Below, piece by piece: positions 39,188-54,252 of a stretch of DNA of 64,000 bases (the stretch's first letter is position 1; each line of letters opens with the position of its first letter). The notes below the pieces were generated by a model. The model searched no databases. It was not told where the DNA came from and saw only the letters and a list, made by a program, of their open reading frames with translations. Position numbers and translations under genes: made by a program. The stretch covers positions 62,001 to 126,000 of the forward strand of contig JAPEUI010000035.1 of assembly GCA_026025075.1 (NCBI GenBank), given 5' to 3'. Source of the DNA: Vezdaea acicularis. Its lineage: Eukaryota.

Positions 39188-39760
39188 ATGGACTACACGA
39201 AAGTAAAGGAGCGTATACGCAAGGACTATGGATACCATCTAGAATATCGGACGCGATGGTATGTAACACTGGAGACTGATAGCTTCCTCGTAAGATAAAT
39301 GTTTTAAAAGGTCCGACAATGATATGTATGGCCACATGAATAATAGCGTCTACTACTTTCTGTATGTACTAGGGCCTTACCATTACCGTCTAGCGTTTGA
39401 CTCAAGGAAAATCTTAGGTATGACTCGATTGTAAACAATTATTTGATCAAGCATTGCGGTCTCCGTCCTCCAACCTCTTCGCAGATAGGATTAGTGGTCC
39501 ACTCGTCCTCCGACTTTTTCGGCTCCGTAGGATTCCCTGCAATTATAGACCTTTGCCTCCGTGTCAACAAGTTGGGCAATTCTAGTGTCGTTTATGAAAT
39601 TGGCCTCTTCGAACAAGGCGCCGTAGAAGTAAAGGCAGTGGGTCAGCTCGTGCATGTATTCGTCGATAGGGAAGCAAATCGCCCGGTCGTAAACGGTATA
39701 GGGGAAGACCTTCGGAAAGGGATCGAAAAACTCCTTGTAAGAAGCCAAGCAAAATTATAG
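39188..39760 (+). CDS. Hotdog-fold acyl-CoA thioesterase (4HBT-like), 3 exons
   Basis: YHLEYRTRW|SDNDMYGHMNNSVYYFL|YDSIVN; LRVNKLGNSSVVYEIGLF and HVFVDR motifs. Confidence 0.9.
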
Positions 39761-39818
39761 TGGCATCCGGGAAGTCAATCAATACTAGTCCATAAGGCCT
39801 CTTAAGCCTTAGATCATA

Positions 39819-42314
39819 ATGGGCACTTCTGGGGCCAGGACTTTGTCTTATTACTCACGCTTTCGATTATCATTTCATTCCAATTTCAAGAAATCGTTCA
39901 GGACGTTACACATATCTTCTGGCTATGATGCACTGCACATCCGTGCAAACAGTCCGTTCTTCAAGATTTCTGAAGAGATAAGGGAAGCGCTTCATGCGAA
40001 GAGGCCTATTATCGCTCTAGAAACGGCAATCTACACTCATGGATTTCCATATCCTGATAATATCAAGTTGTCTACGCATCTTGAGTCTGTTGTCCGCCAG
40101 CAGGGAGGAATCCCTGCGACGATCGGAGTTTTGGATGGCATCGCACACATTGGCATGATAGCTGAAGACTTACACAAGCTCACTAGCAGTGCTGGGGCCA
40201 GCTCCACAATAAAGGTTTCCCGACGAGACCTTAGTTATATATGTGGCCTCGTAAGCCTTTTTGCACTGTCCAACTCTCTCAGTAGCTCATGCATAAATTC
40301 AGGGTATCGTAGGGCGAAAGATGCATGGAGGAACGACAGTCGCCGGGACCGCCATCCTAGCTTATCTTGCTGGCATTAAGGTCTTTGCGACAGGAGGTTT
40401 AGGTGGAGTCCACCGAGGTGCCGAAAGCTCGATGGACGTCTCTGCAGACTTGACTGAACTAGGGAGAACGCCTATAGCAATCGTCTCCAGCGGGTGCAAG
40501 TCTTTCCTAGATATACCTAGAACTCTTGAGTATCTAGAGACTGAAGGGGTCACAGTCGCAACGTTCTCCGATGGCCGAGGAGATCTAGTTGATTTCCCAG
40601 CTTTCTGGACCAGAGATAGTGGAGTGCAAAGTCCAATGACTCTTCAATCTGAAAAAGAGGCTGCCGCTCTTATATATGCACGTTCCACACTCTCTATACA
40701 CTCAGGCCTCCTGTTCGCAAACCCAATCCCTGAGCAGTACTCTGTTCCCAAAGCAGATATGGATCTTGTTATTGCCACTGCCATTCGAGAGGCTGAGCAG
40801 GACGGGGCAACTGGCAAGGACAACACTCCTTACATTCTCGCGAAAATTAAGAGCCTTACCGAAGGAAAGAGTATATCTGCAAATCGTGCTTTGATTGAGG
40901 CAAACGTGATACGAGGTACGAGGGTGGCTATAGAGCTTGCAAAGCTTGAGCAGGCTGTGATCAAGGCGCCCTCACGGTAAGACTCGAAATGTCTGAAACA
41001 TAAGGAGAACTTGGAGGAGCTAACAATGACATTGGTTATAGAGAAATGAACACCTTTGGGGCCAGCAATTTGGGTGCACAGATGTCCCGAGCACATGAGG
41101 AAAGAATCCCTCGCCCTTCTGATGGTGTTGATATAATCGTTGCAGGCTCGCTGGCCATCGATCTAGCTTGCGACTACCAACATCATGGAAGTTCATCAAT
41201 GGATGGGCCTGAAATGGCTACATCAAACCCATCTATTATCCTGCAAGCTTTTGGCGGTGTTGGTCACAATGTAGCCACCGCCGCTCATCTCTTCGGAGGG
41301 ACCGTGCGACTATGCAGCGTGGTGGCGGATGATCAAGACGGGAAAGCCGCTTTGGAGTTCCTTGTTAGCAAAGGCATGGATACCTCCGGCGTGAAAACTC
41401 AAGGGGTAGGGACTGGTTTGCGAACTGCAAGATATGTTGCAATTAACGACGCGAAGAAAGATCTAGTTCTTGCAATGGCTGATATGGGTATACTCGAGCA
41501 ATCATCGATGCCCTTTGTGCAAACTTGGAGGGCAGAGCTAACACGCGCCCGACCGAAATGGCTTGCGGTTGACGCAAATTGGGATCCGATAACATTGCGA
41601 AAGTGGATCACGGAGGCTTGTAAAGGAGGAGCACGAATTGCGTTCGAACCCGTCTCACTGGCGAAATCCTCTAGGTTATTCTCGGATCCGGTGTTGAACT
41701 TAGAGCTCTTGGGAGTGTTTCCTTCTCACCATATCGAAGTTGCCACCCCGAATGCTCAAGAACTGGTTGGGTTGCATGAGGCCGCTCGAAGAGGCGAATA
41801 TTTTGACCGCCAGGACTGGTGGAACGTGATCAACTCCATGGGCATTCCCAATGGCGGGGCGAGAGATCGCATGATAACGCTATGCGGCAGAGATATGGTT
41901 GATCAAGGCATTCCCCAACAGAGCATTCAACTTCTTCCATTCTCTAGGTGCGTCCTTACGAAGTTAGGGCCACGAGGTGTACTGCAAGTAGAGCTCCTTG
42001 CCTCTGAAGACTCACGCTTGAACTCACCAATCACGGAGCGGTATATCCTGTCAAGGTCGCCCCAGGGAAATACAGGCATTGGAGGGATATACATGCGACT
42101 TCATCCTCCAGCTGAGCTCGTAGCAGATGTCGACATAGCCAGTGTCAACGGAGTCGGAGACACATTCCTGGGTATTCTCATTGCTGGGCTAGCCAGTGAA
42201 GAGGGTACTAATATTGAAGATTGGGTTGGAGTTGCCCAGAAAGGGAGCATTATGACCCTGAAGAGCAACGAGGCAGTGCACCCAGAACTGGGGCTCCTCC
42301 GACCTCCGGCCTAG
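39819..42314 (+). CDS. Bifunctional pseudouridine-5'-phosphate glycosidase (PsuG/IndA) + PfkB-family pseudouridine kinase (PsuK)
   Basis: IIALETAIYTHGFPYP, KVSRRD, GGTTVAGT, FATGGLGGVHRG, DVSADLTELG, GKDNTPYIL; then PfkB motifs GGVGHNVA and VNGVGDTFLG; two introns (40251-40302, 40977-41041). Confidence 0.92.
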
Positions 42315-42727
42315 CTAGGATATGTTCCCTTGGAACATCTAACTTCAAATGAAAGCTCGGCGAGGGCCGCCACCTCTACGTATCGCACAGCTGTGAGCGC
42401 TTTCCACAAATACCTGGCTCTATTTCTACAACAGTCCTTGGATCTCGAGCCGGGGCTTGTTGGAACGATAGCTGTAGATACAGAATCTTCAAATGGTCAA
42501 CGCCGCTTTACCGCTAATAATGGCAGAATCCACAGATTAGATCACCACTATACCTTAATTAAACTAAGACCCCGCGAGCCTGCAGGCCTCGCCGTTCCCT
42601 CAACCCAAGAAACCAGCATGATCCCTCTGGATCCGCTTGTTCAGTACTATTTTGAGGGGAGTTCTGTCCATCAACCCAAGATCGCTGCGGTGTGAGAATG
42701 GTAAGGTGATTAGGTACTCTTTACGCC

Positions 42728-43222
42728 TCATATATCTTCCTCTTTTTCCCTATCTATTCTATTCTTCTCCCAGTCTAAGTCCCCCCCAATATTCATCTTG
42801 CGGAATTTCTCCGTCTCTTTATCCCAACACCATCTTTCCCACGGACCCTCGACAAATCGCCCGTCATCTTGCCAACAGCAAATCCATGTGATGCCGTCAT
42901 CCATCCGGAAGAGCCTCTTCTCGACGTGTCTGCCATCTGTATCTCGCACGCGGCACCACCTTATCCGCTCTTCGAGTTCGGCTCGCAGCACGTAGCGTTG
43001 CAGGGCCCGACAGTAATCGACCGGCTCCTTCTTGACAGGCGAAAAGGCTGGGTCTTCCGCCGCGACGAGATACCAGCCACGGCCAGGAATGTATTCGTAA
43101 AGACCTGGAACAGGAGAAGACCAGTACTCTTTACATGGAGAAGCTTTGTGAGAAGGCGAATTGGAGAACCAGCGATGAGGCTTAAGCACGGTACATGCGC
43201 ATAGGAAGAGGTTGGGAGACAT
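42728..43222 (-). CDS. Hypothetical protein, 164 aa, intronless, W/C/Y-rich
   Basis: ATG-initiated ORF with protein-like composition (LYEYIPGRGWYLV, FRMDDGITWICCW); no function recognised. Confidence 0.6.
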   Translation of the reverse strand: MSPNLFLCACTVLKPHRWFSNSPSHKASPCKEYWSSPVPGLYEYIPGRGWYLVAAEDPAFSPVKKEPVDYCRALQRYVLRAELEERIRWCRVRDTDGRHVEKRLFRMDDGITWICCWQDDGRFVEGPWERWCWDKETEKFRKMNIGGDLDWEKNRIDREKEEDI

Positions 43223-44082
43223 CTTCGCCGATTATCATCCGCACAGGGCTTGTTGAATGGAAGTACTAGTACGCTGATGAGGATAGCGCTACGGACTGCA
43301 ATAAATTATGGGATTGTGCAGCAATATGATATTCATATTGACAAAGAAACAAAATGTCGAGGAGTAAGGAATATATACTTATAGACGTTCCGGTCAATAT
43401 GCGATTGATGCAAGGTTCATCCGCTACATTCTATAGTATTGATGGGGCTATTAAGCAATGGTGGTGGGTTCCAGTCCTGGTCTTACGTTTCATAGACTGC
43501 CACCTGCATTGTGATCATCAACAACGACAACGACTTATCTAATCTTGCATATTGGGCTGAGCAAATCGCACACGGAGTGTGGGTTCCTGTGGCACAGCTA
43601 GTAAGGCCAAGGATTCTTCGGATTTCTCCGGAATGTCAATGCTCCCCAACGATCAGAATTAGTGATAAATGAAGACAAACAGCTAGCAGTTGTCCAGTAA
43701 AAACATGAAAGATTTCGCCGCAGCCGCAATTAAGTTTCGGCCGGTCATCCCGAGAAATAATTTTAGCGCAGCCCTACGACATGCAGGCATGTTTATAACC
43801 CTGCAGTAAGATCTTGACAGAGGACGAGAGAAAAATTAGTATATGACGGCTTAAGACGGTTTGTACTACCATTGCAGCAGTTTTCAAGGCGTTCTACGTC
43901 ATGTTGAGTGTGAGCTAACTTCGATCGAGGAAGGTCCAGCAATTTTTGCGTGGACCTGTGTCCACTGAAGCCTGGCTTGGTATCACAAGATTGATTGAAG
44001 CAGCGGCAACCGCCAAAGCTCTAACCTCTGTAAACCACCCCCAATCCAGATGTAACCTCATCCCACCCCTACAGATATCCCC

Positions 44083-44806
44083 CTATATTTCCGTCGTGAC
44101 TCTAGCCTTCGGGTTTGTAACTTTAACACCCAGCTGCTTCGCTCGTGCAATGATCTCAATTCTCTTTCGTGACGAAACAGCGTGGCCGATTCTGTCATCC
44201 TGTTAGAAGTAACTCTGCTTAGTTTATTTGTAACATACTCAGCCGCGAAGGTCTTATTGTGCATTAGGAGGAGGTCGACATCATTGGTGTTGTGAACAAG
44301 GAAAGCTTTGTGGCCGGAAGGCATCATATGCCGAGTTTTCTTATTTGAGCCATATCCAATCTGCGATTAATCAAGGCGTATCAGTCTTGTCCATAGTAAT
44401 ATCGGAAAGCCATTGCTCCCCTTCGGTCAATTCGAGTCCCACTGCGCGCGGAGCGGTACTCGACGCAGGCTCGTAAAGATTCGATCGAATGCACGTACCG
44501 ATGGCATGGCAGCTTGTCCCTTGAACCTTCTCCTCACTCTGTTGTCGATACCTTTAGGCTTCCTCCAGTTGGCGTCAACGCACATGTATGCATCGCTTTG
44601 ATGTCGGTTGAAACGCTTAGTGCCTGGAGAAATCAATGAATTAGTGTAAGGACCATACGATCAAGTGCATGATAGATTCGCATTTGGCAAGTCCGACAGT
44701 GGCAGAGAACCTGGGTATGTATCTCCGAGTCGTAGATAGCCCATCGGGCGTGGGGTAATAACTTACGCTTCTTGACGATAGGAATGTGCTTCTTTGCAGC
44801 CACCAT
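44083..44806 (-). CDS. RPL32: 60S ribosomal protein L32 (eL32), 3 coding introns plus a 5'-UTR intron
   Basis: [41 protein letters not shown]..|[11 protein letters not shown]..|[22 protein letters not shown]. Confidence 0.98.
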
Positions 44807-44979
44807 CTAGAATCGTAGCGTCAGGTTAGTACATTGATTAAAGAAACAAGAAGCATGTTCTAATATTGAGAAATGGCTGGGCAATACATACTTTGCCTGA
44901 TCACTTGGATGGATGGTGTAAGTGATGACCGTGAATCTCGAATTTCTTCAGACAAAATCCCACGCTTACCACGCTCGCT

Positions 44980-45002
44980 TAGCCGAGCAGGTCAAACCCT
45001 AG
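44980..45002 (-). promoter_or_regulatory. Putative RP-gene promoter elements (GCTCGGCTA and a telobox-like AAACCCTA)
   Basis: TAGCCGAGC 44980-44988 is shared with the eIF4B upstream region (35363-35371); AAACCCTA at 44994-45001. Confidence 0.35.
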
Positions 45003-45458
45003 GTCTTGGCAAAATCGCCATTGCCCTCGGAGCACTTGTAGTCCCATTAGATCAATAGCGTTACATTTACGCTACATTCAGTTCATCCGGAGGACAGGTA
45101 TCTTTTCAAAGTCACACTCTCCCCAAAAAGCGGCGCTCTCAAGAAAATATATGCAAATCAATGCGTTCAGCGATTCCGATCCACAAGTGACTGGAGTGGT
45201 GACCGGGCATTAAAGAGGAATGGGTAGTGCTTTTGTGTCACTAATTTCTACCAAAAAGCTCGAAATCATCTTTAGGATGGAAAGCGATTTCATGAATAAT
45301 CCGTGAACAATATCCACCATGCATTAGCTCGTGACCCCCAATCCATGCATCCCCAGTGATACCCATCAATTAAGCTCTATACCAAATGCGCCCACTTTGA
45401 ATTCGTGCGAATCATGCTATTTTGTCCGTAAAGATCATGTAGCGTTACAGTTCGGCAT

Positions 45459-46974
45459 TCATTGCTGAGCACATTGCGGCCCCTCGCCTTCCACGTCATC
45501 ATCTTCATCAACCCATTGTGAACCACCTCCGGGATGTCCGTGCCCAAACTGCAAAAGATTAGCCTGCAATCCTCACAAACCATACACATTATAAGATCAA
45601 AACTTACCTCTTCAATGTTTCCGTTGGGGTCATATTCGACTTCATCTACGGTGTCAGCGTGAATAGGATCAGCAGGCTTAGGAAGTAGGCTTTGAAGCTG
45701 AAGTGCGGAGCTATCATCTTTAATCCACCCATCTTTTGGGAATTCCATATCTACAATAAGGTAGAGATCCCCTTTCGCATCACTTTTCTTGTGCGGCATT
45801 CCTTCACCAATTACCTTCAAGGTTTGTCCAGGTTTCAGGATCTTGCCTTGTGGATGGGTTATGTGAATGCCGCGGCCATCGAGATGTATTAAAACGGTTC
45901 TTGAGAAACCACAAAGAGCTTCTGCCAAGGTGACTTTCAAGGGTGCTGTAAGGTCGGCTCCTGCTCTCGTAAATAGCGGATGCTCGATCTCGACTAAATG
46001 GAAGACAATATCGCCCGGCTCTTGGTCGGGGTTCTGATCAGCTTCCCCAGGAAGTACAATTCGCTCGCCTTCTCTACGAAAAGTCAGTAATTTACATAGA
46101 TCACGTTTGGGAAAACGCTCACCTCGCTCCGCGTGGGATATACAGTTCCAAAGCCTTTCTCTCTTCAGTAGTTCGCTCGCCCTTACATTTCTTACATCTT
46201 TCCTTATCCTTATAGACATGCCCACTGCCATGGCAGTTGCTGCACTCAACCGTTGTTTGCGTGACCATCCCAGGACCAACAGGTCGCAAAGCTGTTTTAA
46301 ACCCTAGAAGAAACGCATAATCAGTATCTAGGGTTATCTGGGATGCAAGCTGTCATAGATTACCTTTCCCCTGGCAAACCGAACACTCCTTAGGTTTTGC
46401 TCTTTCCTTCCCCCCAGTACCCTTGCACAATGAACAGATTACTCTCTTCGTCACAGCGAACTTGGTGGTTTTGCCCCGGTAAAGGTCCTCTAGGCTGACC
46501 TCGTACCTCTGCTCGTCATCCTTCCCTTTCCTAGGCTTCCGGGGCCCTCCACCCCCAGGACCTGAGCCCATGTTGAACATCTGCTGAAGAATATCGTTCA
46601 TATCGACTTCTGGACCCATGCCATTACCTTTCGCTGGATCGAAAGCAGCCATACCATGGGTGTCGTAAAGGTGTCTCTTTTGGTCGTCATGGAGAATTTC
46701 ATGGGCTTGGCTGACGGCTTTGAATTTGATCTCGGATTCTTCACGATCCGCTTCCGGGACCTTATCGGGATGATGAGCCAGGGCTTTCTGAAATACCGGA
46801 AATTTCATCAGCTATAGTAATAATATGACGGAGATGTGTGTTACAACCTTGTGATACGCCTTTCTTATCTCCGCCTTACTTGCACCCCGCTCAACTCCAA
46901 GAATTTCTAGAATGGTTAGCCAGAATAGCCAATGTCTGGGGGTCATAACAACCGTAGAGATCTACTCCCTCCAT
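45459..46974 (-). CDS. Type I Hsp40/DnaJ co-chaperone, Xdj1/Ydj1-like (6 exons)
   Basis: J domain with HPDK; CxxCxGxG zinc repeats; PGEADQ..PGDIVF; C-terminal CaaX CAQQ*. Confidence 0.93.
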
Positions 46975-47313
46975 GCTGAAGTTCTTCTACTGTTGCATCA
47001 AAATTGAGAGCGGGTAATGGCGGGGCATAAAAGTCAAGCTTTAGATCCCAAGGCCCCTTGTAAAGAGTCAAGATATGGTTGTCGGACTGACTGACTACGT
47101 AATATTTGAGATTTGGGTATGTATTGAGCAAGGTTCCCATACATTCATCGATCCTCTTTTGTGTGATTTAATGTTCAGGTGATCTTTCATGGCTGGTTAG
47201 GCTTCGCGTGTGTTGGAAAAAAATCCGGACACCGAAGCATGTCAACCGCGCGTTTGTTGTCTAACTTTGAACGTTAGCTCCTGGGACAGATTTTTACAAC
47301 ATGGACTCTTTAA

Positions 47314-49476
<2,163 letters not shown>

Positions 49477-50010
49477 ATTATAGTCGAACCTCATTCATTG
49501 TCAAGCCGACGTATTTGACCTCGACATCCAACAAGCAATCTCATGAGTCATGTGGTACGCATGTGGACTGAAACCCCGTATTGGAGAGCAGTTTGTGAGG
49601 ACCTACCAGATTGGTAAAGAGAGATGATGGGAAGAATCTAAGAAACTATCTTGAAAGGCGCCAAAATTCCAATGCTAAGTTAAAGTTAGTACAACGAGTG
49701 CCGTCACTTGAACATATCGGCTCTCTATCGCAGCAGTATGGAGCATCTACCATGTTTAGAGGCAGTGAGTCAGTCTCAAAGCAGCAGACGGCCACCACTT
49801 AGGAAGAGTCAAATTCACACCCTTCTTCCCTTGGTGACAAGATGTAGTCACCTTTGCCCCATCTTAGGCGTAGACAAATTCGGCGTGTTAGCTCCAGCCT
49901 ACAAGTTCCCCTTTCCACTTTATCGCTGTGGAAAACGCCACTTATGCATTCTTCTCTATGACGCCGATCACTATGCAGAGGCCCTCCCCGTCTCCATACC
50001 CATATGCCCA

Positions 50011-51079
50011 TCATGACTTTCCCGGCGCAGTCTGTATCTCAATTCCATTAAACAATCGGGTCTTGATTTCTCCAGCCATAAGTCCAGCCATCTCTTCCCC
50101 TGCGATCTTGTCTCCATCTTTAACGATTTTACTTAGCTGGTCCCTCGTTGCTGCCTTTCCAGCCCCCCCTTGACGAGCATGATTCTGCAGGCTAATCTCG
50201 GCTTGCCTGATCTTCTGGCTCAGATCCATCATTTGCTTGCTACTGTATTCACGGTTTGTGAGAAGTGGATTGGAGCTGACAGTTGATACCCAGTATTTGT
50301 TCCAGAGCTGCTCCAGGATATGGGCGTCGAGCGTGCTTTTAAAGTGCGAGACCTCGAGCGAGTAATACCGACTGCTATGGGCCCCGAAGTCTTCAATCTT
50401 CGCTAGAGGTATGGTCTGATATCCATCTTCTCCTTGGCCGCCGGGTGGAGTGTAGTCTTTCGGATATGTTCGAAATGCACCGATTTCTACTTTGCCAGCG
50501 GATATCGTGCGGTCGGGATCGATCACCACAGCAAGGAAGGGATCCTGAAATTGCTGTTGCGTCATCTGTGTGTCAACATCTATCCCACTCAGCCAGCACC
50601 CATAGCCGGGATGGCTATGGTACCATCCTATCGCGTTCTCCAGCTGCCCCACCTTACGAGAAGTCTCTAGATATTGCACCATGTATTCATTCGCCTGATC
50701 CTGAGCATTGACACGGGTCTCCGTCCCCTCAACAGGCAGCCGAAAGGCGTCGGTCACGACGAACGTTGAATCCATTATCTTCCCTTGCATAAGACCCATG
50801 ACTTCGATGGAGCCACCGCTGCGGGCGTGCATCACCATCTTGAGAAGGGCGACGGCGGAGATTCGTACATGTTTGAAGTGGTTGGGATCTTTCTTCCACG
50901 GCCGAGCTTCATTGATCTGCTTTTGTTCATCGACGGAGTAACCATAGAGTGCGTCGCGGGTAGGGTCGACGAGGGAAACGGAATTCTCGAATTCTAGGAC
51001 GTTTTCAGTTAGCTTAAAGCTTTGGACTAGGTTGGGGAAGTGGGGCCGTACCCCAACTCTTGAAAGCCGTATTTGTCAT
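50011..51079 (-). CDS. CSN5: COP9 signalosome subunit 5 (JAMM deneddylase)
   Basis: Intron 51051-50994; [19 protein letters not shown] and [18 protein letters not shown] (JAMM) motifs. Confidence 0.97.
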
Positions 51080-51705
51080 TTTAGAGGCAAGAACGGCTGG
51101 GTCATAGAGTGGCTCAGTCACTCCCGTGGTACAGGTTGCAGCTACGAAGATGCTCTCGTCGCTTCTCCCACCAACCGAGCGGTTTGGAAGTTTGGAGGCT
51201 CCAACAGAATTCGATGATCATAACGGGCGAAGGCGGTGAGGTGCGTCGGCCAATAAGCAGAAGCGAAGTTAGCGAAGGACCCGCATTGGCTGAAACCCCG
51301 CCACGACCCCTTGGTTCTGCAGTGGCCGTCGCCCATGACAACAGGCGAAAATCGCAAGATCCACAACACTTCTACCTCAAGCTGCTCCGTCCACTCACAA
51401 GTAGCACTCCTCTCGCAAAGGTACGACTTTTGAACCTCGACGCGCTCGCGACTCCGCTCTGGGACTCTGCTATCTCTTCACCTTCTCCACTTCCTCCATT
51501 AAGCCCTCCGTTGTTATTGTGGCCTCCTTCAACGCGAGACACCTTATGCTGTGGGCCGTATCTGCCATTCTTGACTCTCGTTAACAGTGCACGTCTTCCA
51601 ACATAAATTTCTCTGCATTCCTCGCTTCCTTACTCCAACTCCAGAAAGGCTCCGGCGCATTGATATCATTCTTGGCATTCGGACGTCACAAGCGTCATCT
51701 TCACC

Positions 51706-54252
51706 ATGGATGCGAGCTACCTCACTACGCAGGTAGCGAACATCATTGGGCAGTTACACAATCTCTTCGATGATATTGGGGTGCCAAGCCATGAAAGGGA
51801 ATCGAAGGAGTCCGCGGTTCGTACTCCTGCATATCATGAGTACTCCTGTATCATACTAACTGGGCTTATAGCTGTTTACGGCTCTGAGCGAAACCCTTAA
51901 CAACCAAGTGCGAATCGTTACCGCGTAAGTATTACGCAACTTTGCACACTTAGAGTTATGCTGACGGCCTCTTTGGGTAGTGAGAAAAATGACTTGACGG
52001 AGGAGGCTAAGCGCATTATCAAGGCCATCAAGCAAATGGAAGCTTCTCTGGACGATTCAAAACAAAACAATGATTACGAACTTGAGCATGAGGGGATGAA
52101 GGTGACATACCCTCTGATGAAATGCTTGCAAGGCTTGAAGGAGAAGCATTCAAGTGTCAACCGCCTCCATAAGGAGCGCTTTGAGCAAGTGAAGAGTATG
52201 TCCACCCAATGTGACTTTACACACGACTTGCGCTGACTCTTATAGAACTCGTCCAAGCGCTTGAGTCTTATGCCTCACACTTGGAACCCTCTTTCGTCCA
52301 ACTCGAACTGCCGCCAACATCAGCAAACGCTTCGATTCCTCCAACCTTTGACCTATCTCCTTCATATGTTAACGCACTAGACAAGGAATTTACTCGAGTT
52401 TACGAGGAATACACACGCCGAGTTGCCTCGGTACAAAGTATCTCGGAAGATATCATCAAGCTTTGGGCTGAACTGGGTACACCCCAGGCGCAGACTGACA
52501 GCGCTATCGTCAAATACTATCGCGATTCTCCAGAACAACTTGGTCTACACGAGGACGACTTGGGAAGACTGAGAGGGAAGAGGGAAAAACTGGTCGAAGA
52601 GAAGCGCGCAAGAGAACGTCATTTGAAGGAGCTCAGGGAAACCGTTCAGGGGCTTTGGGAACGCCTCAATGTTGCGCAGCATGAGAGGAAAGGATTTTTG
52701 AATCGAAATAGGGGATGTGGATTGAGGGAGATCAATGAATTTGAAGATGAGCTATCACGACTCAATGAGCTGAAGAGGCAAAATCTCCACTTATTCGTGG
52801 AAGATGCCCGCTATAAACTCCAGGAGCTATGGGACAGCCTATATTTCTCGGAAGAAGAGATGCTCGAATTCACACCAGCATTCTCTGGTGAGTTTGATGA
52901 ATATCGAGGACTGGATAAGAAACTGTATGCTAACTTACGCACTAGACGTGTACAGTGATGCCCTCTTGTCCGCGCATGAAGCCGAGATCGCACGTCTCGA
53001 AGCACTCAAAGAGCAGCGAGCGCCTACGCTCCAAATGATCGACAAACATCGGAGCCTAGTCAAAGATCGAGAAGACCTTGCCGCTTCCAGTCAAGACGCA
53101 TCTCGATTGATGATGAAGGGACAGAAAGGCGAGAAACGTGATCCGACACGTCTGCTAAGAGAGGAAAAAATGCGAAAGCGCATTGCAAAGGAACTACCTA
53201 AAGTAGAGGCGGATCTTAGGAAGGTGCTGGAGAGATGGGAGGACGAATACGGACGGCCTTTCATGGTCCATGGAGAGAGGTATCTGGATGAGATCACGGC
53301 TTCCGCGGCGAGGGCAATGCCCCCTCGATCGAAAACGCCGTCCGGTCCGCCACCCTCCACGAAAAGTAATAAGTCTGCTTCATCGAACCAGCGAGGAGGA
53401 AATGTTCGTATACAGCCGTCGAGGGCACCATCGAGAGCGGGAACCAAGACTCCAATGGGCGGGTCGATGATGCGAAGCAATCCACCGGCGAGCTCAGCCT
53501 CCACTGCTATCTCGACCTTGGGTGGGAGAACACCATCGCCCTCCAAGATACCAGCTCGAAAACCATTAGGCAATATGCCACAGGGCAACAATTCGCCAGA
53601 ACGTCGACAGCTTCCCGTGCCACCATATCCGTCCGCTGCAATGGGCAAAATGGGCCCGCCCGCAGCAAGAGCTCCTCCACCAAAGATGAGAGATCTCTAC
53701 GTACCACCACCGGCCCCCATCCCCGCCCACGAATGTAACGATCAACGGAGCGTCAGCGTCTCTTCCTCTGGTAGTGGCAGCGTCCGTCCAGTATCTCCGG
53801 AAGACGTATATGATGACCGCGAACGAATGTCATACCTCCAAACTTCGATGCTCCGGTCTCAGCGAGCAACACCACAAACGTACCAGGAGACTCATCCCTA
53901 CGGCGATCGCTACGAGCAATCGCATCCCCCCTCGAATGCAGGTACTCGACAAATCTCCACCACGTCGACAGCGACGAACACAGTCTCGGGCTCGGAGAAC
54001 TGGGAGACTTATGACGACGCTTCTGACCCGGAGCCCGATGCGAGTGAAGCGTACTATGCCAAGCTGCGTGCAGCGAGGGGGAAACGGTACACTCCCGAAG
54101 ATGGACACTCTGGGCCACAGGGCGGGCAAGGAAAGAAGTTCAAGGGTTTACGGGGTGTCGGGGCAGCAGAGACGTTCGTGGAGGGGCAGATGGGCCGAGT
54201 GCCTTCGGGTAGTGAGGCTGGCTGGACGGACAACTACGAGGAGGCTTTCTGA
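51706..54252 (+). CDS. ASE1: Microtubule-bundling protein Ase1/PRC1/MAP65 (5 exons)
   Basis: MDASYLTTQV..; ELSRLNELKRQNLHLFVEDARYKLQELWDSLYFSEEE; SQDASRL..RLLREEKMRKRIAKELPK..WEDEYGRPF. Confidence 0.93.
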
